64,000 nt of DNA, taken from IMG/VR virus record IMGVR_UViG_3300030095_004938, positions 3,695 to 67,694 of that record, one strand, 5' to 3'. Positions 6,398-14,537 of this stretch are shown here, one piece after another. The stretch comes from a virus. Its lineage: Duplodnaviria; Caudoviricetes. The position numbers were made by a program, and so were the translations under genes. Position 1 is the stretch's first letter, and each line of letters opens with the position of its first letter. The notes beneath the pieces were generated by a model. The model was given only the letters and a program-made list of their open reading frames with translations. It did no database searches and was not told the DNA's origin.

Positions 6398-7275
6398 AGC
6401 GACTCATCTCACTACTCGCGTTCCTGTGCGCGTTCCTCCCCGGCGGCGACCTCGTGTGGGGTCAGGACTTCGTCGTCCTGGAGCACCGCATCACCGACGG
6501 CGCGGAACTGTGCACGGTCGTCGACCCAAGCGACGACATCTACGGCCTCGACGACAACGGCCACCCCATCGGGCTGGGCTACCACTACACCGACGTCGCT
6601 ACCGGCACGCCGGACATCCGCACGCAACGAGCCCTGGCGTTCGAGGTGCCCGGCGTGAACCTCGAAGGTGTGGGCACATGGCCGCACGTTCACGAGGGTG
6701 ACCCGTCGCGGCTGATGATCCGGCTCGACATCAAGGAGCGCCGCTGGGTCGGGTGGGAGAACCTGAACCCGACCGAGAGCATCGAGGGCTTCGTGCTGAT
6801 GACGACGCATAACAGCTACCAGCTCGCGAGGAACACGAGCCCGACGAATCCAAGCTACGAACTGATCAGCACGAACTTCGGCTTCCAATCGGGATGGGAG
6901 TGGTGGCAGCCCGCGAGCCTGGCTCCGTTCGACGGCGCGATCGACGGCGAGGGTTCAAGTGGCTGGCGGTTCTCGTGCGGGCCGCTCTACTTCCACCAGC
7001 CGCAAAGCGAGTGGTGTGAGCCCGGCCAGTGGGACTACCACACGACGAGCAGCGTGACCTTCCTGGACTGGTCGGATCTCAGCTACCATGACCGCAACGC
7101 TTGGCGGTCGGGCCACACCGAGCGTCTGAAGTACCGCACCAGGCAGTACATGAACTACCACGCAGGCGGCCCGCCGCTCGATGGCCCGTTGCTGTCGGCG
7201 ACGAACGCGCACGGGTGGGCCGTCGAGTGGGGCAACCGCCCGACTGTGGACGTCACGATCATCGCCCTGGACTAG
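6394..7275 (+). CDS. Secreted protein, choice-of-anchor-E-like beta domain
   Basis: Sec signal MKRLISLLAFLCAFL; SLAPFDGAIDGEGSSG recalls the LxAFDGTIDFxGxSG motif. Confidence 0.55.
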   Translation: MKRLISLLAFLCAFLPGGDLVWGQDFVVLEHRITDGAELCTVVDPSDDIYGLDDNGHPIGLGYHYTDVATGTPDIRTQRALAFEVPGVNLEGVGTWPHVHEGDPSRLMIRLDIKERRWVGWENLNPTESIEGFVLMTTHNSYQLARNTSPTNPSYELISTNFGFQSGWEWWQPASLAPFDGAIDGEGSSGWRFSCGPLYFHQPQSEWCEPGQWDYHTTSSVTFLDWSDLSYHDRNAWRSGHTERLKYRTRQYMNYHAGGPPLDGPLLSATNAHGWAVEWGNRPTVDVTIIALD

Positions 7276-7502
7276 AAGAACGCACGGCCCACACGGGCAA
7301 GCTCGTCGCGGATGAGCTGGGCGACCTTGCGGTTCGTTGTGTGCCGGAGTACGGCGCGCAGGGCCTCAAGGTCGTCGGCGTAGATGACGTTGCCGCAGTC
7401 GTCCTCGTCGGCGGTTGCGTCGCGTCGCTCCTGCCGCGAGTCGTGCAGCACGAGCGACGGCGGCGTCTCGTCGGGCGTGAGGATGGAGTAGTAGTCGGTC
7501 AA
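7272..7502 (-). CDS. Hypothetical protein
   Basis: TTG 7502 after GGAGG, overlapping the upstream TGA. Confidence 0.55.
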   Translation of the reverse strand: MTDYYSILTPDETPPSLVLHDSRQERRDATADEDDCGNVIYADDLEALRAVLRHTTNRKVAQLIRDELARVGRAFF

Positions 7503-7717
7503 TCGACCTCCCCCTGCTCCGTGAGCGTGAAGCGCACGACGGCGGCAGTGTCGTCTAGGGTCTGGTGATCCTTCCACAGAGCAAGCTCGTTCTCGGCTCG
7601 CTCCCTACTTGGCGTGAGCGAGTAGTGGGGTGTCGCGCAGCCCTGGCGAATGTCAGACCAGAGGACTTCCGGCTCGCTCCGCAGCCTCACCGCGTACACG
7701 GTCACGGGGCTACTCAC
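7499..7717 (-). CDS. Hypothetical protein
   Basis: 72-aa ORF coupled on both sides. Confidence 0.6.
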   Translation of the reverse strand: MSSPVTVYAVRLRSEPEVLWSDIRQGCATPHYSLTPSRERAENELALWKDHQTLDDTAAVVRFTLTEQGEVD

Positions 7718-7955
7718 GGTCGGCCTCCAGGGCTTCGAGGAGGGAGTCGGCTTGCAGGACAGCCTCCGTAGCTGCGCCCTCCCTTGTGAAGCCCGGCTCG
7801 GCGTGGCGCGACAGAAGTGCCTGCATCGCCAGCCCCGCGAAGTACTCGCGGAGGGTCATGCCGGGCTCTCTGCACCCGTGATCTCTGGTGTAGGGGTTCC
7901 CGTCTGCTCCGTATCGCTCGGGTTCGGGGAACGCCATTCGGTTCGGGTTACTCAT
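7710..7955 (-). CDS. Conserved small phage protein (GMTLREYFAGLAMQ family)
   Basis: GMTLREYFAGLAMQALL...AVLQADSLLEAL is a common phage motif. Confidence 0.75.
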   Translation of the reverse strand: MSNPNRMAFPEPERYGADGNPYTRDHGCREPGMTLREYFAGLAMQALLSRHAEPGFTREGAATEAVLQADSLLEALEADRE

Positions 7956-8178
7956 CGTTCTTCTCCAGGGCTTCGAGGAGGGCGTCGGCTGACCTGACCG
8001 CGTCAGCGCCTAGGTTCTTGTAGTAGTCCACGCTGTAAGCGGCGTCGTTGGCGGCAAGGATTCCCGTCATCGCCGCCTTGGCCGCGTCGAAGCGCCGCCG
8101 CTCCGGTGAGTCCAGGACGTCACGAATGGCGTAGGCGATCGCCTGCTCAAGCTTTTGGTATTGCAGATCAGTCAGCAT
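7948..8178 (-). CDS. Small phage protein, paralogous to 7710-7955
   Basis: AAKAAMTGILA...AVRSADALLEAL shares the C-terminal motif. Confidence 0.7.
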   Translation of the reverse strand: MLTDLQYQKLEQAIAYAIRDVLDSPERRRFDAAKAAMTGILAANDAAYSVDYYKNLGADAVRSADALLEALEKNDE

Positions 8179-8539
8179 CGTTCTTCTCCTCCAGTTCTCC
8201 TCGGGCTAGGGTCAGCGCGGCGCGGAGGGCGTCTGCAAACTCAGCAAAGAGGCCCGTCTCGGGGCCATCCCCGTCGTGCTCGGCAATCTCCAGAGCTTCC
8301 GCGACATCCTCCGCAGCCTCCCTCAGCCGCTCGACCTCCCCCTCCAGCTCGGCCACGCGGGCCTCGGAGGTGGCGAGCTTGGCCTCTGCTTCCTCTGCGC
8401 GGGTGCGCTCTGCGTCCAAGAGGCGAATGAGGAACTCGTCGTAGTTCTCAATCTGGCCCTCCCAACGTGTGCGCCCCGCGAGCGTATGGCGGATCCTACT
8501 CAGGCGCGCCTCGTCGGTTTCCTTCGACCGCCTACTCAC
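8168..8539 (-). CDS. Coiled-coil hypothetical protein
   Basis: GTG 8539; contains EARVAELEGEVERLR, shared with 8820-9209. Confidence 0.65.
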   Translation of the reverse strand: MSRRSKETDEARLSRIRHTLAGRTRWEGQIENYDEFLIRLLDAERTRAEEAEAKLATSEARVAELEGEVERLREAAEDVAEALEIAEHDGDGPETGLFAEFADALRAALTLARGELEEKNDAD

Positions 8540-8631
8540 CTCGCACCTCCCGCGCCTTGGCGAGGGCATCGCTGAGGTCTTGGCGGTAGAGCCTGCGCAG
8601 ACGGGCACGGTCTCGGGGTCGGCTTAGGCAT
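8532..8631 (-). pseudogene. Probable gene remnant (deletion scar)
   Basis: ATG 8631 has the same junction as 8827 (MPK), but the tail DALAKAREVRGE* matching the end of 9202-9714 lies in another frame. Confidence 0.45.
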
Positions 8632-8827
8632 CGGACTCCTCCAAGGGTTCTGCGTGGATGTCGGTCACTTCGGCATCCTCGATCTGGCGTGAGCATTGGT
8701 GGCAAACGGAGGCGTAGCAGGAGTCGAGACCCCACGCCTTCTGGATGGCCTCTTCCTTCGTGGCGGCTTCAACCTCTCCGAGGAACTTCGAGCCACTAAC
8801 GACGGCGTAGATGATCCACTTAGGCAT
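8624..8827 (-). CDS. Small hypothetical protein with CHQC motif
   Basis: ATG 8827 after GAGGAG. Confidence 0.65.
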   Translation of the reverse strand: MPKWIIYAVVSGSKFLGEVEAATKEEAIQKAWGLDSCYASVCHQCSRQIEDAEVTDIHAEPLEESDA

Positions 8828-9209
8828 CGGACTCCTCATTGGTGGGGGAGAGCAGGGCGCGGGCCTCGTCTCGCATCCCGCTGAAGACGAGGAGCGAGTG
8901 GTTACAACCGTCGATGCACTCGGTCTCTCCGGCGCACTCGGGACAGCGAGCGCAGTAGGTGACGAAGCTCCGCAGCCGCTCGACCTCCCCCTCCAGCTCG
9001 GCCACGCGGGCCTCGGAGGCGGTGAGCTTGGCCTCGGCCTTCTCTACGCGGGCGCACGCGTCGGCTACCTGAACGCGCAGGTTCAACCAACTCACGGCGA
9101 GCTTCGACGCTTCCCCGCAGGTGTCCGGCCCGGCGTAGAAGCCCTTGGCGTGGAACTGCGCCAGCGGGAGAACGTCGCGGTCCTCGTCGGGAGGGTTGTA
9201 GCTACTCAC
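8820..9209 (-). CDS. Coiled-coil protein with C-terminal Cys cluster
   Basis: CARCPEC...CIDGC; coupled start and stop. Confidence 0.65.
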   Translation of the reverse strand: MSSYNPPDEDRDVLPLAQFHAKGFYAGPDTCGEASKLAVSWLNLRVQVADACARVEKAEAKLTASEARVAELEGEVERLRSFVTYCARCPECAGETECIDGCNHSLLVFSGMRDEARALLSPTNEESDA

Positions 9210-9714
9210 CTCGCACCTCCCGCGCCTTGAGCGCGTCGCGGAGGCAGCTCAGGAGATCCGCGCCCTCGAACCGCTCATGCGACTCGGACCCATCGGTGCC
9301 GAGTTGGTGGTGCTCGATGGCAAAGTCAGGAAGATGAAAGTCCACGCCCCGCCCGAGGATCTCCAGCCACTCCAGCTCGCCGTCGGTGAGCTTGTGCACT
9401 AGCTCGACCACTTCATCCCGGGGGTCGGGGGCATGCTCTCCCCCCAGGGTGGCGAGGGCGGCAGCGATGCGGGCGCGCAGCCCGGCCTCGTCAATGGTCG
9501 GGCCCCAGCCGTCGATATGGCGGGAACACTCCCGCACGACGCCCAGCAGCCGCTCGTTATACTTCGCCAGCCCCGGCCCCGGGGAGACGGCCCAGGCGGC
9601 GCGGAGGACGCGGGTTCGCAGCTCTTGCAGGCTCTCGTTGGGGTGATCCAGGGAGAGCTGGTCGCAGGTCTTGGACCACGCCAGCACCTCCTCTTCTGTC
9701 GGTTCCCAGGTCAT
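9202..9714 (-). CDS. Hypothetical protein
   Basis: 170-aa ORF, ATG after GAGGA. Confidence 0.65.
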   Translation of the reverse strand: MTWEPTEEEVLAWSKTCDQLSLDHPNESLQELRTRVLRAAWAVSPGPGLAKYNERLLGVVRECSRHIDGWGPTIDEAGLRARIAAALATLGGEHAPDPRDEVVELVHKLTDGELEWLEILGRGVDFHLPDFAIEHHQLGTDGSESHERFEGADLLSCLRDALKAREVRGE

Positions 9715-9727
9715 CGGTCTTTCCTCG

Positions 9728-9862
9728 TCAAAGTGCCTTCTGCATCCCCTGAATGAAACCCGCGAGCACCATCAGAAGGATGGGCGCGGCGATGAGTGCA
9801 AGGGTGATCACGAGGAAGAGCTTCGTGCAGCCCATCGGACTATTTTGATCTTGCGGGTTCAT
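9728..9862 (-). CDS. 44-aa single-pass membrane peptide (below the ORF-track cutoff)
   Basis: MNPQDQNSPMGCTKLFLVITLALIAAPILLMVLAGFIQGMQKAL*. Confidence 0.55.
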   Translation of the reverse strand: MNPQDQNSPMGCTKLFLVITLALIAAPILLMVLAGFIQGMQKAL

Positions 9863-9907
9863 GGTGTACCTTGGAAATACTCCACAGAGAATCACGAAGC
9901 CTCCTCC

Positions 9908-11053
9908 ATGTCAAGACCCCCGATTATGACCCCTGACGTCGAGCGCCACCTTACGCTCGACGCCCGTGTAGGCGTGCATCTGCGCGAACTCTCCCGCAGG
10001 CACGGCCTAGCCGCCGAGACGATCAGGCGCGCGATGCGCGACCGTGGCATCAAGGTGAGGACCCCGCCACCGCTTGTGGAATCCGAGTACGAGGAGGCCA
10101 TCGAGCGCATGGACGCCGGGGAGCCCCTGGAGTCTGTCTCGCGCTGGCTGGGCACCACGATGGCGGTCGCCCGTTCTATGGCGCTGGGGGAGTACCTGAA
10201 GATGCCCACACGCTTCTGGGGCAGGGACGACCTGGCTCGGACCAGGGCGAACGAGATCTGCCAGCTCGTGCGCGGGACTTGCGAGCCCGAGGAGGTCTCC
10301 GAGTGCGACGACCTCATCGACGCGATCCTCCAGGGCCGCGTGCTGTCCCAGGTGACCGGGCGCGAGCAGGCGCCGCTCCTGAGTGGAGAGCCCTGGTGCT
10401 ACACCGAGGCGTACCGGGACGTGACTTACGAGGATCGCCGCGACGTGCTGGAGGCCTGCCGGGAAGAGTATCTCTATGGTGAGAAACTGCCGGTCGAAAA
10501 ACTGGACGCCGTCGCGAGAAGAATCGACGTTCCCTACATGGTGGTGTGGGAGACCTGCATCGCGCTGAGGGCCGACAAGGACTTCAACGTTCCGATGCCG
10601 CTCGCCCCGGAGCCGGTGCCCAAGTCCTTCGACGACATCGACCCGAGCGTCCAGGGGATGCTGCGCCAGAAAGCAGCGCAGGCGTGCCGCCGCGAGAACT
10701 TCTACCGCACCGCCGAGGAGATGTTCGCCGACGGTTCGTTCGGATGGATCAACTCGCGCTTCCCGCAGGCGCGCGAGCCGGAGATCAAGCCCATCCCGAG
10801 CTTCCTGAACTGGGGCTACAACGCCGACGAGAACGGCGACGTGTTCCGCAAGGGGTCGCTGAAGCCGTGCAAGCTGCGCCTCGACCGCGACGAGAACGTC
10901 GAGGTGTTCATCCACAGGAAATGGTATCCGCTGGACTGGCTGGTGTGCACCGCGTGGCACGGAAAGCGCGATCCTAGCTACAGCGTCGTGCACGAGCGCC
11001 ACAAGCGGGACTGCCGACCGAAGTTCCTCTACTGGAAGGCCAACTACCGCTAG
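9908..11053 (+). CDS. HTH-containing DNA-binding protein with C-terminal degenerate HNH-like domain
   Basis: LRELSRRHGLAAETIRRAM and LESVSRWLGTTMAVAR are HTH-like; YNADENGDVF...LDWLVCTAWHG...FLYW resembles NUMOD4/HNH without the catalytic His/Asn. Confidence 0.55.
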   Translation: MSRPPIMTPDVERHLTLDARVGVHLRELSRRHGLAAETIRRAMRDRGIKVRTPPPLVESEYEEAIERMDAGEPLESVSRWLGTTMAVARSMALGEYLKMPTRFWGRDDLARTRANEICQLVRGTCEPEEVSECDDLIDAILQGRVLSQVTGREQAPLLSGEPWCYTEAYRDVTYEDRRDVLEACREEYLYGEKLPVEKLDAVARRIDVPYMVVWETCIALRADKDFNVPMPLAPEPVPKSFDDIDPSVQGMLRQKAAQACRRENFYRTAEEMFADGSFGWINSRFPQAREPEIKPIPSFLNWGYNADENGDVFRKGSLKPCKLRLDRDENVEVFIHRKWYPLDWLVCTAWHGKRDPSYSVVHERHKRDCRPKFLYWKANYR

Positions 11054-11062
11054 GCTGAAGGG

Positions 11063-11161
11063 ATGGGAGACGCGCTACTGCTACTGGGCAGCCTCGCCTG
11101 CATCGCTTTTTCCGTCGTCGTCGCCGTGAGGGCCGTCAGGGAAATCCGACGACGCCCGTAG
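11063..11161 (+). CDS. 32-aa single-pass membrane peptide
   Basis: MGDALLLLGSLACIAFSVVVAVRAVREIRRRP*; follows the positive-inside rule. Confidence 0.5.
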   Translation: MGDALLLLGSLACIAFSVVVAVRAVREIRRRP

Positions 11162-11349
11162 CGCGTGCATCATCCAGGCGTCGGACACCCACTTCGATCC
11201 TAGGTACAGGCTCATTATGTACGAGGGGGCGCGACGGTCTCCTCCGATCTCGCGCTCGTTCGACAGGTTGTCGCCGAGTCGCCCGCTGTGGGCCAGGAAG
11301 GTTGCGAACATCTTCAAAATACTGTGGTGACTAGACCGAACTCTGGTTC

Positions 11350-11556
11350 ATGGGAATCAAGACCAAGATCAAGTACCTGTACCCCTGCTACGATCAGGAG
11401 GTGATCAGCAAGATGCGGATGGCGCTGGACGCGGTCTTCAATTCTGACGTCGTCGACGACCGAGTCAAGCTCATGGTGATCGACGCGATCCGGTCACACG
11501 TCATGGACCAGCTCCGCAGCGCCAGCAACTCCACCATCGACACGACGAGGAACTAG
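11350..11556 (+). CDS. Hypothetical protein
   Basis: 68-aa ORF, first in the operon. Confidence 0.6.
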   Translation: MGIKTKIKYLYPCYDQEVISKMRMALDAVFNSDVVDDRVKLMVIDAIRSHVMDQLRSASNSTIDTTRN

Positions 11557-11557
11557 C

Positions 11558-12454
11558 ATGGCCCCGACCGAGACCCTGAGCCCCAAGGCGGTGGCCGACA
11601 TCTGGTACAAGAAGTCGATCGGCACGGGCACGACCGACGAGCAGCGCAGGATCGCCGAGCGCGGCTACCGTGCCCACTACGAGGACAACGGCATCGAGTG
11701 GCCCGGCAAGGTGTACTTCTTCCGGTCGCCTATGGCGGCGGCCCGCGCGTGCGCGAGGGCTTACGCGGAGTCCGAGGACATCGACTACTGCGTCGCTTAC
11801 GGCGAGGTCTGGTCCAGGCACATGGGCGGTCGAATGTGGCCGACCTGGCCCGCCTACATCGACTATGCGAAGCAGTTCCCGAACGATCACCCGCCGTCGT
11901 GCGACGCGATCCTGGACCAAGCCGAGTGCGGGTGGTGGTGGCCGACCGATGAAGGCGTGTGGGCCTCCGACAACCCGGTCGAGTACCACTGCGACGAGGA
12001 CCGGATGCCCCACAACGAGCACGGCCCGGCGATCAAGTGGGCGGACGGCGATGCGATCTACGCGATTCACTCGGTGGTCATTGAGGGGCGGTTCATCGAG
12101 GACCGCTCGACGATCACGCTGGATGTCATCGCCGAGGCAAGGAACATGGAGCTGCGCCGGGTGCTTCGAGAGCTGTACGGCAACGCCCGATACCTCCACG
12201 ACACGGGCGCCGAGGTGCTCGACATGGATCAGGTCCCGACCGTTTTGGCGAGGCCGAGCGACTACCCGTGGATTCAGCGCGCCCTGATGCGGGATCGTGA
12301 CGGGAATCGCTGGTTGATGACTGGCGACGGGAGCACGGAGGATGTCTACTGCATCCCTGTGGAGAAAACCACGGCGACGTGCGCCGCTGGGTACGACGCG
12401 CTGCGAGCCCACAGGGTGCGCGGCAAGACCATCAAGACCATTCTGGAGTGCTAG
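11558..12454 (+). CDS. DUF6745-like protein
   Basis: PVEYHCDEDRMPHNEHGPAIKWADG.AIYAIH...RNMELRRVL matches the DUF6745 pattern (LHxxxGPAIxYxDG...NxExRRV). Confidence 0.7.
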   Translation: MAPTETLSPKAVADIWYKKSIGTGTTDEQRRIAERGYRAHYEDNGIEWPGKVYFFRSPMAAARACARAYAESEDIDYCVAYGEVWSRHMGGRMWPTWPAYIDYAKQFPNDHPPSCDAILDQAECGWWWPTDEGVWASDNPVEYHCDEDRMPHNEHGPAIKWADGDAIYAIHSVVIEGRFIEDRSTITLDVIAEARNMELRRVLRELYGNARYLHDTGAEVLDMDQVPTVLARPSDYPWIQRALMRDRDGNRWLMTGDGSTEDVYCIPVEKTTATCAAGYDALRAHRVRGKTIKTILEC

Positions 12455-12904
12455 ATGATGCAGAGCGAAGAGGTGTTCGAGATCGTGTCCGACTCAGCCA
12501 AGGTGGCGGCGATGGCCGCGAAGTCCGACCGCGTCCGCGTCGTCGAGAAGCACGTCGTGTCCAGCACCGAGGTGTTCGAGATCCGGCAGGGTGACGTGAT
12601 GCTCTATATGTGCGAGCCGTTCAGCGACGACGAGCTGGACTCGTGGGAGCGCACGACCGATATGCAGCTCGCCCCCGGAAGCAGCAAGGGCTCCCGTCAC
12701 ATCATGGAGGACCCGAGCAAGGTCGAGATCTACATCACGCCGCGCTCTCGTGTGGAGCCGCTGGTCGGTCCTCGGCTGCGGGTCCTGGAGCGCACGCTGC
12801 TCACGCACCCCGATCACAACTTGGTGTCGCTGCCTGCGGGCGACTATTACATCCGCTTCCAGCGCGACCTCGAACGCGAGGAGATCGAGCGGCTCGCGGA
12901 CTAA
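12455..12904 (+). CDS. Conserved partner of DUF6745 (RQGDV...H...THPDH...LPAGxY.I..QR)
   Basis: His-containing motifs typical of the small gene adjacent to DUF6745 genes. Confidence 0.65.
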   Translation: MMQSEEVFEIVSDSAKVAAMAAKSDRVRVVEKHVVSSTEVFEIRQGDVMLYMCEPFSDDELDSWERTTDMQLAPGSSKGSRHIMEDPSKVEIYITPRSRVEPLVGPRLRVLERTLLTHPDHNLVSLPAGDYYIRFQRDLEREEIERLAD

Positions 12905-13121
12905 AGGCACCCCGCCAAGTCTGTCATGGCGGGGGCGATGCGGGGGAGCTTGCCGTGGAGCTGTGTGCGGCCCCCTTGGAAGTCTTACCACTTCCTCCTC
13001 AGACTGGTCGCGTGCGCCGACCTTCAGCACATGAAATCGTAACGCAGCGCGCGCACACCGGACGCAGGGCATGACGGGGAAGCAAGGCCCTGCGTCCACC
13101 TACACTCAACCGAAGAAGAAG

Positions 13122-13670
13122 ATGAGTCACTTGATGATCGACCTGGAGACCCTCGGCACGTTGCCGGGGTCTGTGTTCAAGCAGATCGGCTGGGCACTGT
13201 TCGACGAGCGCCGCGAGAACCCGATCATCGAGTCGGGCCGCATCGACGTCGACCGTGACGACGCAAAGCGTGAGGGCCTGACGACCAGCGAGGCCACGCT
13301 CATGTGGTGGATGCGGCAGGGTCCCGAGGCGCAGGCCGCGATGGAGGCTCCGGGCATCCCGCTGCGCGACGCTCTGGGTGAGCTGCGCAAAATCCACAAC
13401 AGGGCGCAGCCCTTCCGCGTGTGGGGGAACGGGCCGGGCTTCGACATGGCGCTGCTGGAGTACGCCTACTCCACGGTCATGGGCCAGGAAGCTCCTTGGA
13501 AGTTCTGGAACTCGCGCTGCGTTCGCACGATCATTGAGCACTGCCCGCGACCGATCGCGAAGCACAAGCCGGAGGTCGCCCACGACGGCGAGTCCGACGC
13601 CATCGCACAAGCGAAGACCGTTGCCGATTGCCTTCGAGCGATCGAGTCGGCTCGCTCGTACCAATCCTGA
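13122..13670 (+). CDS. 3'-5' exonuclease (DEDDh, Rv2179c-like)
   Basis: HLMIDLETLG, WGNGPGFD, RCVRTI and HDGESDA motifs. Confidence 0.88.
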   Translation: MSHLMIDLETLGTLPGSVFKQIGWALFDERRENPIIESGRIDVDRDDAKREGLTTSEATLMWWMRQGPEAQAAMEAPGIPLRDALGELRKIHNRAQPFRVWGNGPGFDMALLEYAYSTVMGQEAPWKFWNSRCVRTIIEHCPRPIAKHKPEVAHDGESDAIAQAKTVADCLRAIESARSYQS

Positions 13671-13690
13671 AACCGAACCGAAGAAGAATC

Positions 13691-14050
13691 ATGGACATCA
13701 ACATCAGAGAGATCTGGGACGCCATCACGGCGCTCACCGGCCACGCCCCTTCCGTCTCCACCGTCCCCGCCGACCCCGACACCGGGTTCGAGGCGTGGCT
13801 GGTCGAGGCCCGCTGCAACATCGTCACCGGCGACGACACGGAGCCGCTGAGCGCCACGGGGGCCAGCATCGAGGACGCGGTCGAGGAGATCTGGGTCAAG
13901 ATCCGCGAGATGGGGCCGAGCGCCCACCTGGCTTGCGGCAACCGCTCGCTGCGGTACGGCGGCGGCATGGTCGGCTTCGTGCCGGTGCGCGTCGCCCGCA
14001 AGAAGAAGACGACCCGGAAGAAGAAGGCCACCTCCGAGAAGTCGGAATAG
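13691..14050 (+). CDS. Hypothetical protein with basic tail
   Basis: ATG 13691 after the AACCGAAGAAGAA leader. Confidence 0.65.
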   Translation: MDINIREIWDAITALTGHAPSVSTVPADPDTGFEAWLVEARCNIVTGDDTEPLSATGASIEDAVEEIWVKIREMGPSAHLACGNRSLRYGGGMVGFVPVRVARKKKTTRKKKATSEKSE

Positions 14051-14056
14051 TGCAGG

Positions 14057-14134
14057 GGGTTGGACGAAGAGCTGGGTCCAACCCGATGCCCCGTGGGGGC
14101 TGGCAGCCCAATAAGCTGCTGGCCCCCTTCCTTT
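14057..14134 (+). terminator. Tandem hairpins; the second is terminator-like
   Basis: GGGTTGGAC/GTCCAACCC (14057-14084), then GGGGGCTGGCAGC/GCTGCTGGCCCCC followed by TTCCTTT. Confidence 0.6.
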
Positions 14135-14148
14135 AGCCAAGAAACTCT

Positions 14149-14337
14149 GTGGTAAGAATCGACCTAGAGACATCCCTCCGCTTCGCGGAGAAGAATGGCT
14201 TCCTTGGTGCCAGGCAGCGCATCTGGGAGCTTGAGGAAGATGTCGAGGAGCTGCATCGTCAGCTAGGGATGCTGGACGGGCAGTGCAGCTGCGACGCCTG
14301 TAGGAACGTCAGGTCACGAAGGAAGGACCGAGACTGA
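14149..14337 (+). CDS. Small hypothetical protein with Cys cluster
   Basis: CSCDAC; stop overlaps the next ATG (TGATG). Confidence 0.55.
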   Translation: MVRIDLETSLRFAEKNGFLGARQRIWELEEDVEELHRQLGMLDGQCSCDACRNVRSRRKDRD

Positions 14338-14537
14338 TGCAGAAGATGAAGGGCGAGTGGGCTGAGGACGACGCGGCGTTTCGAGACCTGGAACGCTTCC
14401 TTGGTATGGAGTTCCCCGACGGCGCACCCGCCTTCTGGGTCCACTTCCAGAAGCACGTCAGGGTGTCCCGGTGCGGCGGCAGGGTCTCTACGATCCAGCT
14501 CGGCTACATCAGGCTGGCGCTAAGGACGTTCGCCTGA
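14337..14537 (+). CDS. Hypothetical protein
   Basis: TGATG-coupled on both sides. Confidence 0.55.
   Translation: MQKMKGEWAEDDAAFRDLERFLGMEFPDGAPAFWVHFQKHVRVSRCGGRVSTIQLGYIRLALRTFA

Noticed and set aside
11081-11317. 78-aa minus-strand ORF
   Set aside because: It conflicts with the more plausible plus-strand TM peptide and has no recognisable features; left uncalled
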